A stretch of 64,000 nucleotides of DNA from positions 4,154,001 through 4,218,000 of the forward strand of contig JASTWF010000034.1 in NCBI GenBank assembly GCA_030390025.1. The letters run 5' to 3'. How positions within the stretch are numbered: position 1 is the stretch's first letter; every line of letters starts with the position of its first letter. The DNA is from Squalus acanthias. Lineage: Eukaryota. The notes beneath the pieces are model-generated. The model was not told the DNA's origin and made no database searches. It saw nothing but the letters and a program-made list of their open reading frames with translations. The translations under genes were made by a program, and so were the position numbers. Positions 1 through 14,699 of the stretch are shown here, one piece after another.

Positions 1-3000
1 CACTGAGAAATAAAGTTACAGTAAATTGTTAATTTGACATCATAACCTCTACACCGGAGAATAATTTTACAGTTAATTGTTAATTTAGACATGATATCCT
101 CTACAGCACAGAATAAAGTCACAGTTATTTTTTTATTTGGCATGATATCCTGTACAAAAGAGAACAATTTTACAGTTAATTTTTAATTGACATAATATCC
201 TCTACACCGGGGAATAAAGTTAATTTAATTGTTAATTTGACATGATATACTCTACACTGGTTAAAAGAATTACGGTTAATTGTTAATTTAGACATGATAC
301 CCACTACAATGCGGGATAATGATGCAACTAATTGTTAATTTTTACATGATGCTCTCTACACCGGGGGATAAAGTTACAGTAAATTGTTAATTTGATATGA
401 TACCCTCTACACCGGGAAATAAAGTTACAGTTAATTGTTAATTTAGACATGATACCCTGTACACCAAAGAATAAACTTACTGTTAATTCTTGAATTTACA
501 TGATACCCTCTACACTGTGGAATAACATTACAGTCAATAATCTCTACACTGGGGAATAATGATACATTTAATTTGAAATGCAACCCTCTACACTGAGAAA
601 TAAAGTTACAGTTAATTGTTAATTTGATATGATACACTCTGCACCGTGGAAAATAGTTTCAGTTAATTGTTAATTTTGACATAATGCCCTCTACACCGGG
701 GATTAAAGTTACAGTTACTTGTTAATTTTGACATGATTCCTGCTACATCGAGGAATAAAGTTACTGTTATATGTTGATTTGACACGATACCCTCTACATC
801 AGTGAATATAGTTACCCTTAATATTTATTTTGACATGAAGCCCTCTACAACGGTGAATAAAGTTACAGATAATTGTTAATTTCGATATGATGCCCTATGC
901 ACCGGGGAATATAGTTACGTTTAATTGCTAATTTTGACATGATACCCTGTATACCGGGGAATAAAGTTACAGTTAATTGTTAATTTAGACATGATTCCCT
1001 GCACACCATAGAATAAATTTACAGTCAATTGCTAATTTTCACATGATATCCTCTACACTTTGGAATAATGTTACAGTTAATTGTTAATTATGCCATGATG
1101 CCCGCTACACTGGGGAATAAAAATATTTAATCTTTAATTTGACATGAAAACCTCTACACTGGGAATTAAGTTAAAGTTGATTGTTAATTTTACATGATAC
1201 CTTCTGCACAGGGGAATAAAGTTACAGTTAGTTGTTAATGTAGACATGATTCCCTCCACACCGGGGAATAAAGTTACAGTTAATTGTTAATTTTATATGA
1301 TGCTCTCAACACCGGAGAATAAAGTTGAAGTTAATTGTTAATCTGTCATGATACCCTATACACTGGGGAATAAAGTTACATGTAATTGTTAATTTGACAT
1401 GATATCCTCTACACCGGGGAATAAAGTTACATTTAATTGTTAATTTATACATGCCACCCTCTGCACCAGAGAATAAAGTTACAGGTAATTGTTGAATTTA
1501 CATGATACCCTCTACACCGGGGAATAAAGTAAAAGTGAATTTTTTTATCATGATAATCTCTACACAGAGGAATAAAGATACAGTTAATTTGAAATGATAC
1601 CGTCTACACCGGGGAATAAAGTTACAGTTAATTGTTAATTTCGACATGATGCCCTCTACCCTGGGGAATAAAATTACAGTTAATCGTTAATTAAGACATG
1701 ATTCCCGGTATTCCAAGGAATGAAGTTACAGTTAATTGTTAATTTACACAAGATACCTTCGACACCGTGGATTAAAGTTACAGTTAATTGTTAATTATGC
1801 CATGATGCCCGCTACACTGGGGAATAAATATATTTAATCTTTAATTTGTCATGAAAACCTCTAAACTGGGAATTAAGTTAAAGTTGATTGTTAATTTTAC
1901 ATGATACCTTCTGCACAGGGGAATAAAGTTACAGTTAATTGTTAATGTAGACATGATTCCCTGCACACCGGGGAATAAAGTTGCAGTTAATTATTAATTT
2001 AGACATGATTCCCTCCACACAATGGAATAAAGTTTCAGTCAATTGCTAATTTTGACAAGATACCCTCTGCACTGTGGAATAATGTTACAGTTAATTGCTA
2101 ATTTTGAAATGAAGCCCTCTACACCGGGGACTAAAGTTACAGTCACTTATAAATTTGACATGATACACTCTACACCGGGGAATAAAGTTAGAGTTATTTG
2201 TTAATTTGACATGATGTCCACTAACCTGGGGAATATATTTAAAGTTATTTGTTAATTTGTGATGAAAACCTCTAAACTGGGGAATAAAGTTATAGTTGAT
2301 TGTTAATTTTACATGATAACCTCTGCACTGGGGAACAAAGTTACTGTTGATTGTTATTTTTAAATGATAACCTCTACACCGGGGAATAAAGTTACATTAA
2401 ATTGTAAATTTAGATATGATGCCCTCTACACCGAGGAATAAGATTACATTTAAATGTTAATTTGACATGATGCCCTCTACACCGGGGAATAAAGTTACAG
2501 TGAATTGTTAATTTAGAAATTATTCCCTCTAAACCGGGGAATAAAGTTACACTTAATTGTTAATTTGATATGATACACTCTACACCGGGGAGTAAAGTTA
2601 CAGTGAATTGTTAATTTAGAAATTATTCCCTCTAAACCGGGGAATAAAGTTACACTTAATTGTTAATTTGAATTATACACTCTACCCCTGGGAATGAAGT
2701 TACAATTAATTGTTTATTTGACATGATGCCCTCTACACCGGGGTATATAGTTACAGTGAATTGTTAATTTAGAAATGATTCCCTCTAAACCGGGAAATAA
2801 AGTTACACTTAATTGTTAATTTGACATGATGCCCTCTACACCGGGTTATAAAGTTTCAGTTAATTGTTAATTTCGACAGGAGGCCCTCTACATTGGTGAA
2901 TAAAATTACAGTTAATTTTTAATTTAGACATGATACCTTTTAAACTGGGGAATAAAGTAAAAGTTACTTTTTAATTTGTCATGATGCCCTCTACACCAGG

Positions 3001-3689
3001 GAATATAGTTACGGTTAATTGCTAATTTTGACATGATACCCTGTATACCGGGGAATAACGTAACAGTTAATTGTTAATTTAGACATTATTCCCAGCACAC
3101 CATAGAATAAAGTTACAGTCAATTGCTAATTTTGGCATGATATCCTCTACAATTTGGAATAATGTTACAGTTAATTGTTAATTTTGCCATGATACCCACT
3201 ACACTGGGGAATAAATTTAAATTTAATTTTTAATTTGTCATGATGACCTCTACACTGAGAATAAATTTACAGATGATTGTTAATTTTACATGATACCTTC
3301 TACACTGGGGAATAAAGTTAAACTTGATTGTTAATTTTACATGATACCTTCTGCACAGGGGAATAAAGTTACAGTTAATTTTTAATTTAGACATGATTCC
3401 CTGCACACCGGGGAATAAAGTTATAGTTAATGGTTAATTTAGGCATGATTACCTCTACACAATGGAATAAAGTTTCAGTCAATTGCTAATAATGACATGA
3501 TACCCTGTACACTGTGAAATAATGTTACAGTTAATTGTTAATTTTGACATGAAGCCCTCTACACCGGGAAGTAAAGTTACAGTTACTTGTTAATTTGACA
3601 TGATACACTCTACACTGGGGAATAAAGTTACAGTTGATTGTTAATTTTACATGATACCCTCTACACTGGGCATCACAGTTACATTTGAT

Positions 3690-6600
3690 TGTTAATTTTA
3701 CATGATAACCTCTACACCGGGGAATAAAGTTACATTGAATTGTTAATTTAGATATGATACCCTCTACGCCGCGAAATAATGTTACAGTTAAATGTTAATT
3801 TGACACAATTCACTCTACAACGTGGAATAAAGTTACAGTTAATTGTTAATTTGATATGATACCGTCTAAACCGGGGAATAAAGTTACAGTTCATTGTTAA
3901 TTTTATATGATGCCCTCAACACCGGGGAATAAAGTTTAAGTTATTTGTTAATCTGTCATGATACCCTCTGCACTGGGGAATAAAGTTACATTTAATTGTT
4001 AATTTGACGTGATATCCTCTACACCGGGGAATAAAGTTACATTTACTTGTTAATTTATACATGATACCCTCTGCACCAGAGAATAAAGTTACAGGTAATT
4101 GTTGAATTTACATGATACCCTCTACACCGGGGAATAAAGTTAAAGTTAATTGTTAAGTTCGACATGATACACTCTACACCGGGGATTAAATTAAAAGTCA
4201 ATTTTTCATATGACATGATGCTCTCGGCACAGGGGAATAAAGTAATTGTCAATTGTTAATTTAGACATGAAACCCTCTACAGTAGAGAGTAAATTTACAG
4301 TTAATTGTTAATTTGACATGATATCCTCTGCACTGGGTAATAATGTTAAATTTAATAGTTAATTTGACCTGTTGCCTCTGCATCGTAGAATAAAGTTACA
4401 GTTAATTGTTAATTTGACATTATGCACTCTACACCGGGAAATAAAGTTACAGTTAATTGTTAATTTAAACATGATACCCTCTACACTGGGGAATAAAGTT
4501 ACAGTTAATAGTTAATTTAGACATGATGCCTTCTACACAGGGGAATGCATTTACATGTAATTGTTAATTTAGACATGATGCCCTCTGCATCGGGGAATAA
4601 CGTTACTGTTAATTGTTAATTTAGACAGGATTCCCTCAACACCAGGGAATAAAGTTTCAGTTAATTGTTAAATTGACATGATGCCCTTTACGCAAGTGAA
4701 TATAGTTACACTTAATATTTAATTTGAAATGATGCCCTCTACAACGGGGAATAAAGTTACAGTTAATTGTTAATTTAGACATGATGCCCTCTACACCGGG
4801 GAATAAAGTTACAGTTAATTGTTAATTTTATATGATGCCCTCTACACCGGGGAATAAAGTTAGAGTTAATTGTTAATTTGACGTGATATCCTCTACACTG
4901 GGGAATAATGTTAAAGTGATTTTTTAATTTGTCATGATACCCTTTTCACTGGGGAATACTGTACCAGTCAATTGTTAATTGTTAATTTAGACAGGATTCC
5001 CTCAACACCGGGGGATATAGTTACAGTTATTTGTTAATTTTAACATGATGCCCTCTACAACGAGGAGTAAAGTTACCGTTAATTGTTAATTTGACATGAT
5101 ACCCTCTACGCCGGGAATAAAGTTACTGTTAATTGTTAATTTAGAAATGATTCCCTCTACACCGGGGACTACAGTTACAGTTACTTGTTAATTTGATATG
5201 ATACACTCTACACCAGGGAATAAAGTTAGAGTTAGTTGTTAATTTGACATGATGCCCACTAAACTGGGGAATATATTTAACGTTATTTTTTAATATGTCA
5301 TTAAAACCCCAACACTGGGGAATAAATTTTCAGTTGATTGTTAATTTTACATGATAACCTCTACACCGGGGAATAAAGTTACATTGAATTGTTAATTTAG
5401 ATATGATACCCTCTACGCCGCGAAATAATGTTACAGTTAAATGTTAATTTGACACAATTCACTCTACAACGTGGAATAAAGTTACAGTTAATTGTTAATT
5501 TGATATGATACCGTCTAAACCGGGGAATAAAGTTACAGTTCATTGTTAATTTTATATGATGCCCTCAACACCGGGGAATAAAGTTTAAGTTATTTGTTAA
5601 TCTGTCATGATACCCTCTGCACTGGGGAATAAAGTTACATTTACTTGTTAATTTATACATGATACCCTCTGCACCAGAGAATAAAGTTACAGGTAATTGT
5701 TGAATTTACATGATACCCTCTACACCGGGGAATAAAGTTAAAGTTAATTGTTAATTTCGACATGATACACTCTACACCGGGGATTAAATTAAAAGTCAAT
5801 TTTTCATATGACATGATGCTCTCGGCACAGGGGAATAAAGTAATTGTCAATTGTTAATTTAGACATGAAACCCTCTACAGTAGAGAGTAAATTTACAGTT
5901 AATTGTTAATTTGACATGATATCCTCTGCACTGGGGAATAATGTTAAATTTAATAGTTAATTTGACCTGTTGCCTCTGCATCGTAGAATAAAGTTACAGT
6001 TAATTGTTAATTTGACATTATGCACTCTACACCGGGAAATAAAGTTACAGTTAATTGTTAATTTAAACATGATACCCTCTACACTGGGGAATAAAGTTAC
6101 AGTTAATAGTTAATTTAGACATGATGCCTTCTACACAGGGGAATGCATTTACATGTAATTGTTAATTTAGACATGATGCCCTCTGCATCGGGGAATAACG
6201 TTACTGTTAATTGTTAATTTAGACAGGATTCCCTCAACACCAGGGAATAAAGTTTCAGTTAATTGTTAAATTGACATGATGCCCTTTACGCAAGTGAATA
6301 TAGTTACACTTAATATTTAATTTGAAATGATGCCCTCTACAACGGGGAATAAAGTTACAGTTAATTGTTAATTTAGACATGATGCCCTCTACACCGGGGA
6401 ATAAAGTTACAGTTAATTGTTAATTTTATATGATGCCCTCTACACCGGGGAATAAATTTAGAGTTAATTGTTAATTTGACGTGATATCCTCTACACTGGG
6501 GAATAATGTTAAAGTGATTTTATAATTTGTCATGATACCCTTTTCACTGGGGAATACTGTACCAGTCAATTGTTAATTGTTAATTTAGACAGGATTCCCT

Positions 6601-6950
6601 CAACACCGGGGGATATAGTTACAGTTATTTGTTAATTTTAACATGATGCCCTCTACAACGAGGAGTAAAGTTACCGTTAATTGTTAATTTGACATGATAC
6701 CCTCTACGCCGGGAATAAAGTTACTGTTAATTGTTAATTTAGAAATGATTCCCTCTACACCGGGGACTACAGTTACAGTTACTTGTTAATTTGATATGAT
6801 ACACTCTACACCAGGGAATAAAGTTAGAGTTAATTGTTAATTTGACATGATGCCCACTAAACTGGGGAATATATTTAACGTTATTTTTTAATATGTCATT
6901 AAAACCCCAACACTGGGGAATAAATTTTCAGTTGATTGTTAATTTTACAT
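3690..6950. repeat. Near-identical tandem duplication of a ~1.6 kb block of monomers
   Basis: Diagnostic variant CTACGCCGCGAAATAATG recurs at offset 1649; after loss of one 51-bp monomer the offset is 1598 (ORFs 4055-4252 and 5653-5850 differ by one residue; TCATTAAAACCCCAACAC at ~5298 and ~6896). Confidence 0.9.
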
Positions 6951-9900
6951 GATAACCTCTACACTGGGGAACAAAGTTACAGTTGATTGTTAATGTTACA
7001 TGATAACCTCTACACCGGGGAATAAAGTTACATTAAATTGTAAATTTAGATATGATACCCTCTACACCGAGGAATAAGGTTACAGTTAAATGTTAATTTG
7101 ACATGATGCCCTCTACACCGGGGAATAAAGTTACAGTGAATTGTGAATTTTGAAATGATTCCCTCTAAACCGGGGAATAAAGTTACACTTAACTGTTAAT
7201 TTGACATGATACACTCTACACCGGGGAATTAAGTTACAGTTAATTGTTAATTTGACATAATACACTCTACATCTGGGAATGAAGTTACATTTAATTGTTA
7301 ATTTGAAATGATGTCCTCTACACCAGGGAATATATTTACATTGAATTGTTAATTTAGACATGATTCCCGGTATTCCAGGGAATGAAGTTACAGTTAATTG
7401 TTAATTTGACATGATACCCTCTACACTGGGAATAAAGTTACAGTTAAGTATTAATTTAGTAATGAATCCCTAGAAACCGGGGAATAAAGTTACACTTAAT
7501 TTTTTATTTGACACGATGCCCTCTACACTGGGGTATGCAGTTTCAGTTAATTTTTAATTTCGACAGGATGCCCTCTACATTGGTGAATAAAATTACAGTT
7601 AATTTTAAATTTTTCATGATAACCTCTACACTGGGGAATAAAGTTATAGTTGACTGTTAATTTGACATGATTCCCTCTAAACCGGGGTATAAAGTTACAG
7701 TAAATTGTTAATTTAGACATATACCCTTTACATCCTGTAATAAAGTTATAATCAGTTTTTAATTTGACATGATACTCCCTACATCGGGTAGTAAAGTTAC
7801 AGTAAATTGTTAACTGAGACATGATACCCTCTGCACCGGGGAATAAACTTACAGTTAATTGTTAATTTAGACAGGATTCCCACTACACAGTTGAATAAAG
7901 TTACAGTTCATTGTTAATTTAGATATAATTCCTTCTACATAGGGGAATAAAGTTACAATTAATTGTTAAGTTGACATGATGCCCTCTACACCATTGAATA
8001 TAGTTACACTTAATATTTAATTTGAAATGATGCCCTCTACACCGGGGAATAAAGTTACAGTTAATTGTTAAATTCGACATAATGCCATCTTTACTGGGGA
8101 ATAAAGTTAAAGTTAATTGTTAATTGAGACATGATTCCCTGCACACCGGGGAATAAAGTTACAGTGAATTGTTAATTCAGAAATAAATCCCTCTAAACCG
8201 GGGAATAAAGTTACACTTCATTGTTAATTTGACATGACGCCCTCTGCACCGAGGTATACAGTTTCAGTAAATCGTTAATTTCGACAGGAGGCCCTCTACA
8301 TTGGTGAACAAAATTACTGTTAATTTTTTATTTAGACATGATACCTTCTAAACTAGGGAAGAAAGTTAAAGTTAATTTTTAATTTGTCAAGATGCCCTCT
8401 ACACCGTGGAATATAGTTACGGTTAATTACTAATTTTGACATGATACCCTGTATACCGGGGAATAAAGTTACAGTTAATTGTTAATTTAGACATGATTCC
8501 CTGCACACCATGTAATAAAGTTATAGTCAATTGCTAATTTTGACATGATATGCTCTACATTTTGGAATAATGTTACAGTTAATTGTTAATTTTGCCATGA
8601 TGCCCACTACACTGGGGAATAAATTTAAATTTAACTTTTAATTTGTCATGATAACCTCTACAGTGGGAATAAAGTTACAGTTGATTGTTCAATTTACATG
8701 ATACCCTCTACACCTGGGAATAAAGTTACACTTGATAGTTAATTTTACATGATACCCTCTACACCCGGGACTAAAGTTACAGTTAATTGTAAAATTAGAC
8801 ATAATTCCTTCTGTGCAGGGGAATAAAGTTACAGTAAATTGCTAATTTTGACAGGATATATTCGACACAGTTGAATAAAGTTACAGTTAATTGTTAATTT
8901 AGACATGAATCCCTGCACACCGGGGAATAAAGTTTCTGTCAATTGCTAATTATGACATGATACCCTCTGCACCAGGGAATAATTTTACAGTTAATTGTTA
9001 AATTTGACATGAAGCAGTCTACACCGGGTACTAAAGTACAAGTCAATTTTTAATTTGACATGACCCCTCGGCACCGGGGAATAATTAATTATCAATTGTT
9101 AATTTAGGCATGAAACCCTCTGCAGCAGGGAGTAAATCTACAGTTAATTGTTAATTTGACATGATATCCTCTACACTGGTGAATAATTTTAAAGTTAATT
9201 GTTAATTTGACATGTTGCCTCTGCATTGGAGAATAAAGTTACAGTTAATTGTTAATTTGACATTATGCACTCTACATCGGCGAGTTTAGTTACAGTTAAT
9301 TGTTAATTTAAACATGATGCCCTCTACACAGGGGAATAAGGTTACAGTTAATTGTTAATTTAGACACGATACCTTCTGCACAGGGGAATAAAGTTACAAT
9401 TAATTGTTAATTTAGACATGATTCCCCGCACAACGTAGAATAAAGTAAAAGTCAATTGCTAATTTTGACATGATATCCTCAACACTTTGGAATAATGTTA
9501 CAGTTAATTGTTAATTTTGCCATGATGCCCACTACACTGGGGAATAAATTTAAATGTAATCTTTAATTTGGCATGAAAACCTCTACACTGGGAATAAAGT
9601 TACAATTGATTGTTAATTTTACATGATACCTTCTACACAGGGGAGTAAAGTTACAGATAATTGTTAATTTAGACATGATTCCCTTCACACAATGGAATAA
9701 AGTTTCAGTAATTTCCTAATTTTGACATGATACCCTCTACACTGTGGAATAACGTTACAGTTAATTGTTAATTTTGAAATGAAGCCCCCTACACCGGGGA
9801 CTAAAGTTACAGTTACTTGTTAATTTGACATGATACACACTACACCGGGGAATAAACTTAGAGTTATTTGTTAATTTGTCATGAAAACCTCTAAACTGTG

Positions 9901-12900
9901 GAATAAAGTTATAGTTGATTGTTAATTTTACATGATACCCTCTACACTGTGGAACAAAGTTACAGATGATTGTTAATTTTACATGATAACCTCTATACCG
10001 GGGAATAAAGTTACATTAAATTGTAAATTTAGATATGATACCCTCTACACCGAGGAATAAGATTACAGTTAAATTTTAATTTGACATGATGCCCTCCACA
10101 CCGGGGAATAAAGTTACAGTGAATGTTTAATTTGTCATGATACACTCTACACCTGGGAAGGAAGTTACAGTTAATTGTTTATTTGACATGATGCCCTCTA
10201 CACCGGGGAATAAAGTTACAGTGAGTTGTTAATTTAGAAATTATTCCCTCTAAACCTGGGAATAAAGTTACACTTAATTGTAAATTTGACATGATGCCCT
10301 CTACACCGGGGTATAAAGTTTCAGTTAATTGTTAATTTCGACAGGAGGCCCTCTACATTGGTGAATAAAATTACAGTTAATTTTTAATTTATACATGATA
10401 CCTTCCAAACTGGGGAATAAAGTTAAAGTTAATTTTTAATTTGTCATGATGCCCTCTACACCGGGGAATATATTACGGTTAATTGCTAATTTTGACATGA
10501 TGCCCTGTATACCGAGGAATAAAGTTACAGGAAATTGTTAATTTAGCCATGATTCCCTGCACACCATTTTTTAAAGTTACAGTCAATTGCTAATTTTGAC
10601 ATGATATGCTCTACATTTTGGAATAATGTTACAGTTAATTGTTAATTTTGCCATGATGCCCACTACACTGGGGAATACATTTAAATTTAATTTTTAATTT
10701 GTCATGATAACCTCTACACTGTGGAATAAAGTTAAATTTGATTGTTAATTTTACATGATAACCACTACACGGGGGAATAAAGTTACATTAAATTGTTAAA
10801 TTAGATACGATACCCTCTTTAATACCGAGGAATAAGGCTACAGGTAAATGTTAATTTGACATGATGCCCTCTACACCGGGGAATAAAGTTACAGTGAATT
10901 GTTAATTTTGAAATGATTCCCTCTAAACTGGGGAATAAAGTTACACTTAATTGTTAATTTGACATTATACACTCTACACCGGGGAATGAAGTTACAGTTA
11001 ATTGTTAATTTGACATGATACACTCTACATTTGTGAATAAAATTACAGTTAATGTTTAATTTAGACATGATACCTTCTAAACTGGGGAATAAACTGAAAT
11101 TTAATTTTTAATTTGTCATGATAACCTCTACACTGTGGAATAAAGATATAGTTGACTGTTAATTTGACATGATACCCTCTAAACCGGGGTATAAAGTTAC
11201 AGTGAATTGTAATATTTCGTCATGATACCCTCTACATCCTGTAATAAAGTTACAATCAGTTTATAATTTGACATGATACTTCCTACATCGGGTAATAAAG
11301 TTATAGTAAATTGTTAACTGAGACATGATACCCTTTGCACCGGGGAATAAACTTACAGTTAATTGTTAATTTGACATGATTCACTATACACAAGGGAATA
11401 AAGTTACCGTACATTGTTACTTTAGACATGATACCTTCTACATCGTTGAATAAATTTACAGTTAATTGTTAATTTAGACATAATTCCTTCTACATCGGGG
11501 AGTAAAGTTACAGTTCATTGTTAAATTGACATGATGCCCTCTACACCAGTGAATATAGTTACACTTAATATTTAATTTGAAATGATGCCCTCGACAACGG
11601 GGAATAAAGTTACAGTTAATTGTTAATTTGACATGATGCCCTCCACAACGGGAATAAAGTTACAGTTAATTGTTAAATTCGACATGATGCCATCTTGACT
11701 GGGGAATAAAGTTAGTTAATTGTTAATTTAGACATGCTACCTTCTACACCGGGGAATAAAGTTACAGTGAATTGTTAATTTAGAAATTATTCACTCTAAA
11801 CCGGGGAATAAAGTTACAATTAATTGTTAATTTGACATGAAGTCCTCTACACCGGGGTATAAAGTTTCAGTTAATTGTTGATTTCGACAGGAGGCCCTCT
11901 ACATTGGTGAAAAAAATTAAGTTATTTTTTAATTTAGACGTGATACCTTCTAAACTGGGGAATAAAGTTAAAGTTAATTTTTAATTTGTCATGATGCCAT
12001 CTATACCGGGGAATATAGTTACGGTTAATTGCTAATTTTGACATGATACCCTGTATACCGGGGAATAAAGTTGCAGTTAACTGTTATTTAGACATGATTC
12101 CCTGCACACCATAGAATAAAGTTACAGTCAATTGCTAATTTTGACATGATATGCTCACCAATTTGGAATAATGTTACAGTTAATTGTTAATTTTGCCATG
12201 ATGCCCACTACACTGGGAAATAACCTTACATTTAATTTTTAATTTGTCATGATAACCTCTACACTGGGAATAAAGTTAAGTTGATTGTTAATTTTACATG
12301 ATACCCTCTACACCGGATAAATAAAATTTCAGTTACTTGTTAATTTAGACATGATACCTACTGTACAAGGGAATAAAGTTACAGTTAATTGTTAATTTAG
12401 ACATGATTGCCTGCACACTGGGGAATAAAGTTTTAGTTAATTATTAATTTAGACATGATTCCCTCCACACATTGGAATAAAGTTTCAGTCAATTTCTAAT
12501 TTTGACATGATGCCCTCTACACTGTGGAATAATGTTACAGTTAATTGTTAATATTGACATGAAGCCCTCTACACCGGGGACTACAGTTACAGTTACTTGT
12601 TAATTGGACATGATACCCTCGACACCGGGGAATAAAGTTAGAGTTAATTGTTAATTTGACATGATGCCCACTAAACTGGGGAATATATTTGTCATGAAGA
12701 CCTCTACACTGTGGAATAAAGTGAAAGTTGATTGTTAATTTTACATGATACCCTATACACTGGGGAACAAAGTTACAGTTGATTGTTAATGTTACATGAT
12801 TACCTCTACACGGGGGAATAAAGTTACTTTAAATTGTTAAATTAGATATGATGCCCTCTACAACGGGAATAAAGTTACAGTGAATTGTTAATTTTGAAAT

Positions 12901-14699
12901 GATTCCCTCTAAACCGGGGAATAATGTTACAGTTAATTGTTAATTTGACATTATACACTCTGCACCGGGGAATGAAGTTACAGTTAATTGTTAATTTGAC
13001 ATGAAACACTCTGTATTGGTGAATAAAATTACAGTTAATTTTTAATTTAGACATGATACCTTCTAAACTGGGGAATAAACTGAAAGTAAATTTTTAATTT
13101 GACATGATAACCTCTACACTGAGGAATAAAGATATAGTTGACTGTTAATTTGACATGATACCCTCTAAACCGGGGTATAAATTTACAGTGAATTGTTAAT
13201 TTCGTCATGATACCCTCTACATCGGGTAATAAAGTTACAGTAAATTGTTAACTGAGACAGGATACACACTGGACCGGGGAATAAACTTACAGTTACTTGT
13301 TAATTTGACATGATTCACTATACACCAGGGAGTAAAGTTACAGTTAATTGTTAATTTAGACATGATTCCTTCTACATCAGGGAATAAAGTTACAGTTTTT
13401 GTTAAATTGACATAATGCCCTCTACACCTGTGAATATAGTTATACTTAATATTTAATTTGAAATGGATACCCTCTACAACGGGGAATAAAGTTACAGTTA
13501 ATTGTTAAATTCGACATGATGCCATCTTGACTGGGGAATAAAGTTACAGTTAATTGTTAATTTAGACATGATACCTTCTACACAGATGAATAAAGTTACA
13601 ATTAATTGGTAATTTAGAGATGACTCCCTGCACACCGGGGAATAAAATTTCAGCCAATTGTTAATTATGACATGAAGCACTCTACAACGGGGAAAAAAGT
13701 AAAAGTCAATTTTTAATTTGACATGGTACCCTCGGCACCGGGGCAAAAGGATTTATCAATTGTTAATTTAGGCATGAACCCCTCTACAGCAGGGAGTAAA
13801 TTTACAGTTAATTGTTAATTTGACATGATATCCTCTACACTGGGGAATAATGTTCAGGTTAATTGTTAATTTGACATGTTGCCTCTGCATTGGAGAATAA
13901 AGTGACAGTTAATTGTAAATTTGACATTATGCACTCTACATCGGGGATAAAGTTACAGATAATTGTTAATTTAAACATGATGCTCTCTACACTGATGAAT
14001 AAAGTTACAGTTAATTGTTAATTTAGACATGATAACTTCTACACGGGAATAAAGTTACAGTTAATTGTTAATTTAGACAGGCACCCTCAACACCGGGGAA
14101 TATAGTTACAGTTAATTGTTGATTTAGAGGTGATACCCTCTACATCGGGGGAATAACGTTACAGTTAATTGTTAATTTAGACATAATTCCTTCTACTTCG
14201 GGGAATAAAGTTACAGTTAATTGTTAATTTGACATGTTGCCATCAACACCAGTGAATATAGTTACACTTAACATATAATTTGAAATGATGCCTCTACAAC
14301 GGGGAATAAAGTTACAGGTAATTGTTAATTTAGACATGATACATTCTACACAGGGGAATAAAGTTGCAGTTAATTGTTAATTTAGACAGGATTCCCTCAA
14401 CACCGGGGAATATAATTACAGTTAATTGTTGATTTAGAGGTGATACCCTCTACATCGGGGGAATAAAGTTACAGTTAATTGTTAATTTAGACATAATTCC
14501 TTCTACTTCGGGGAATAAAGTTACAGTTAATGGTCATTTGACATGATGCCCTCAACACCAGTGAATATAGTTACACATAACCTTTAATTTGAAATGATGC
14601 CTCTACAACGGGGAATAAAGTTATAGTTAATTGTTAATTTTAAAATCATACACTGTACACCGGGGAAATACAATTATAGTTAATTGTTAATTTATACAT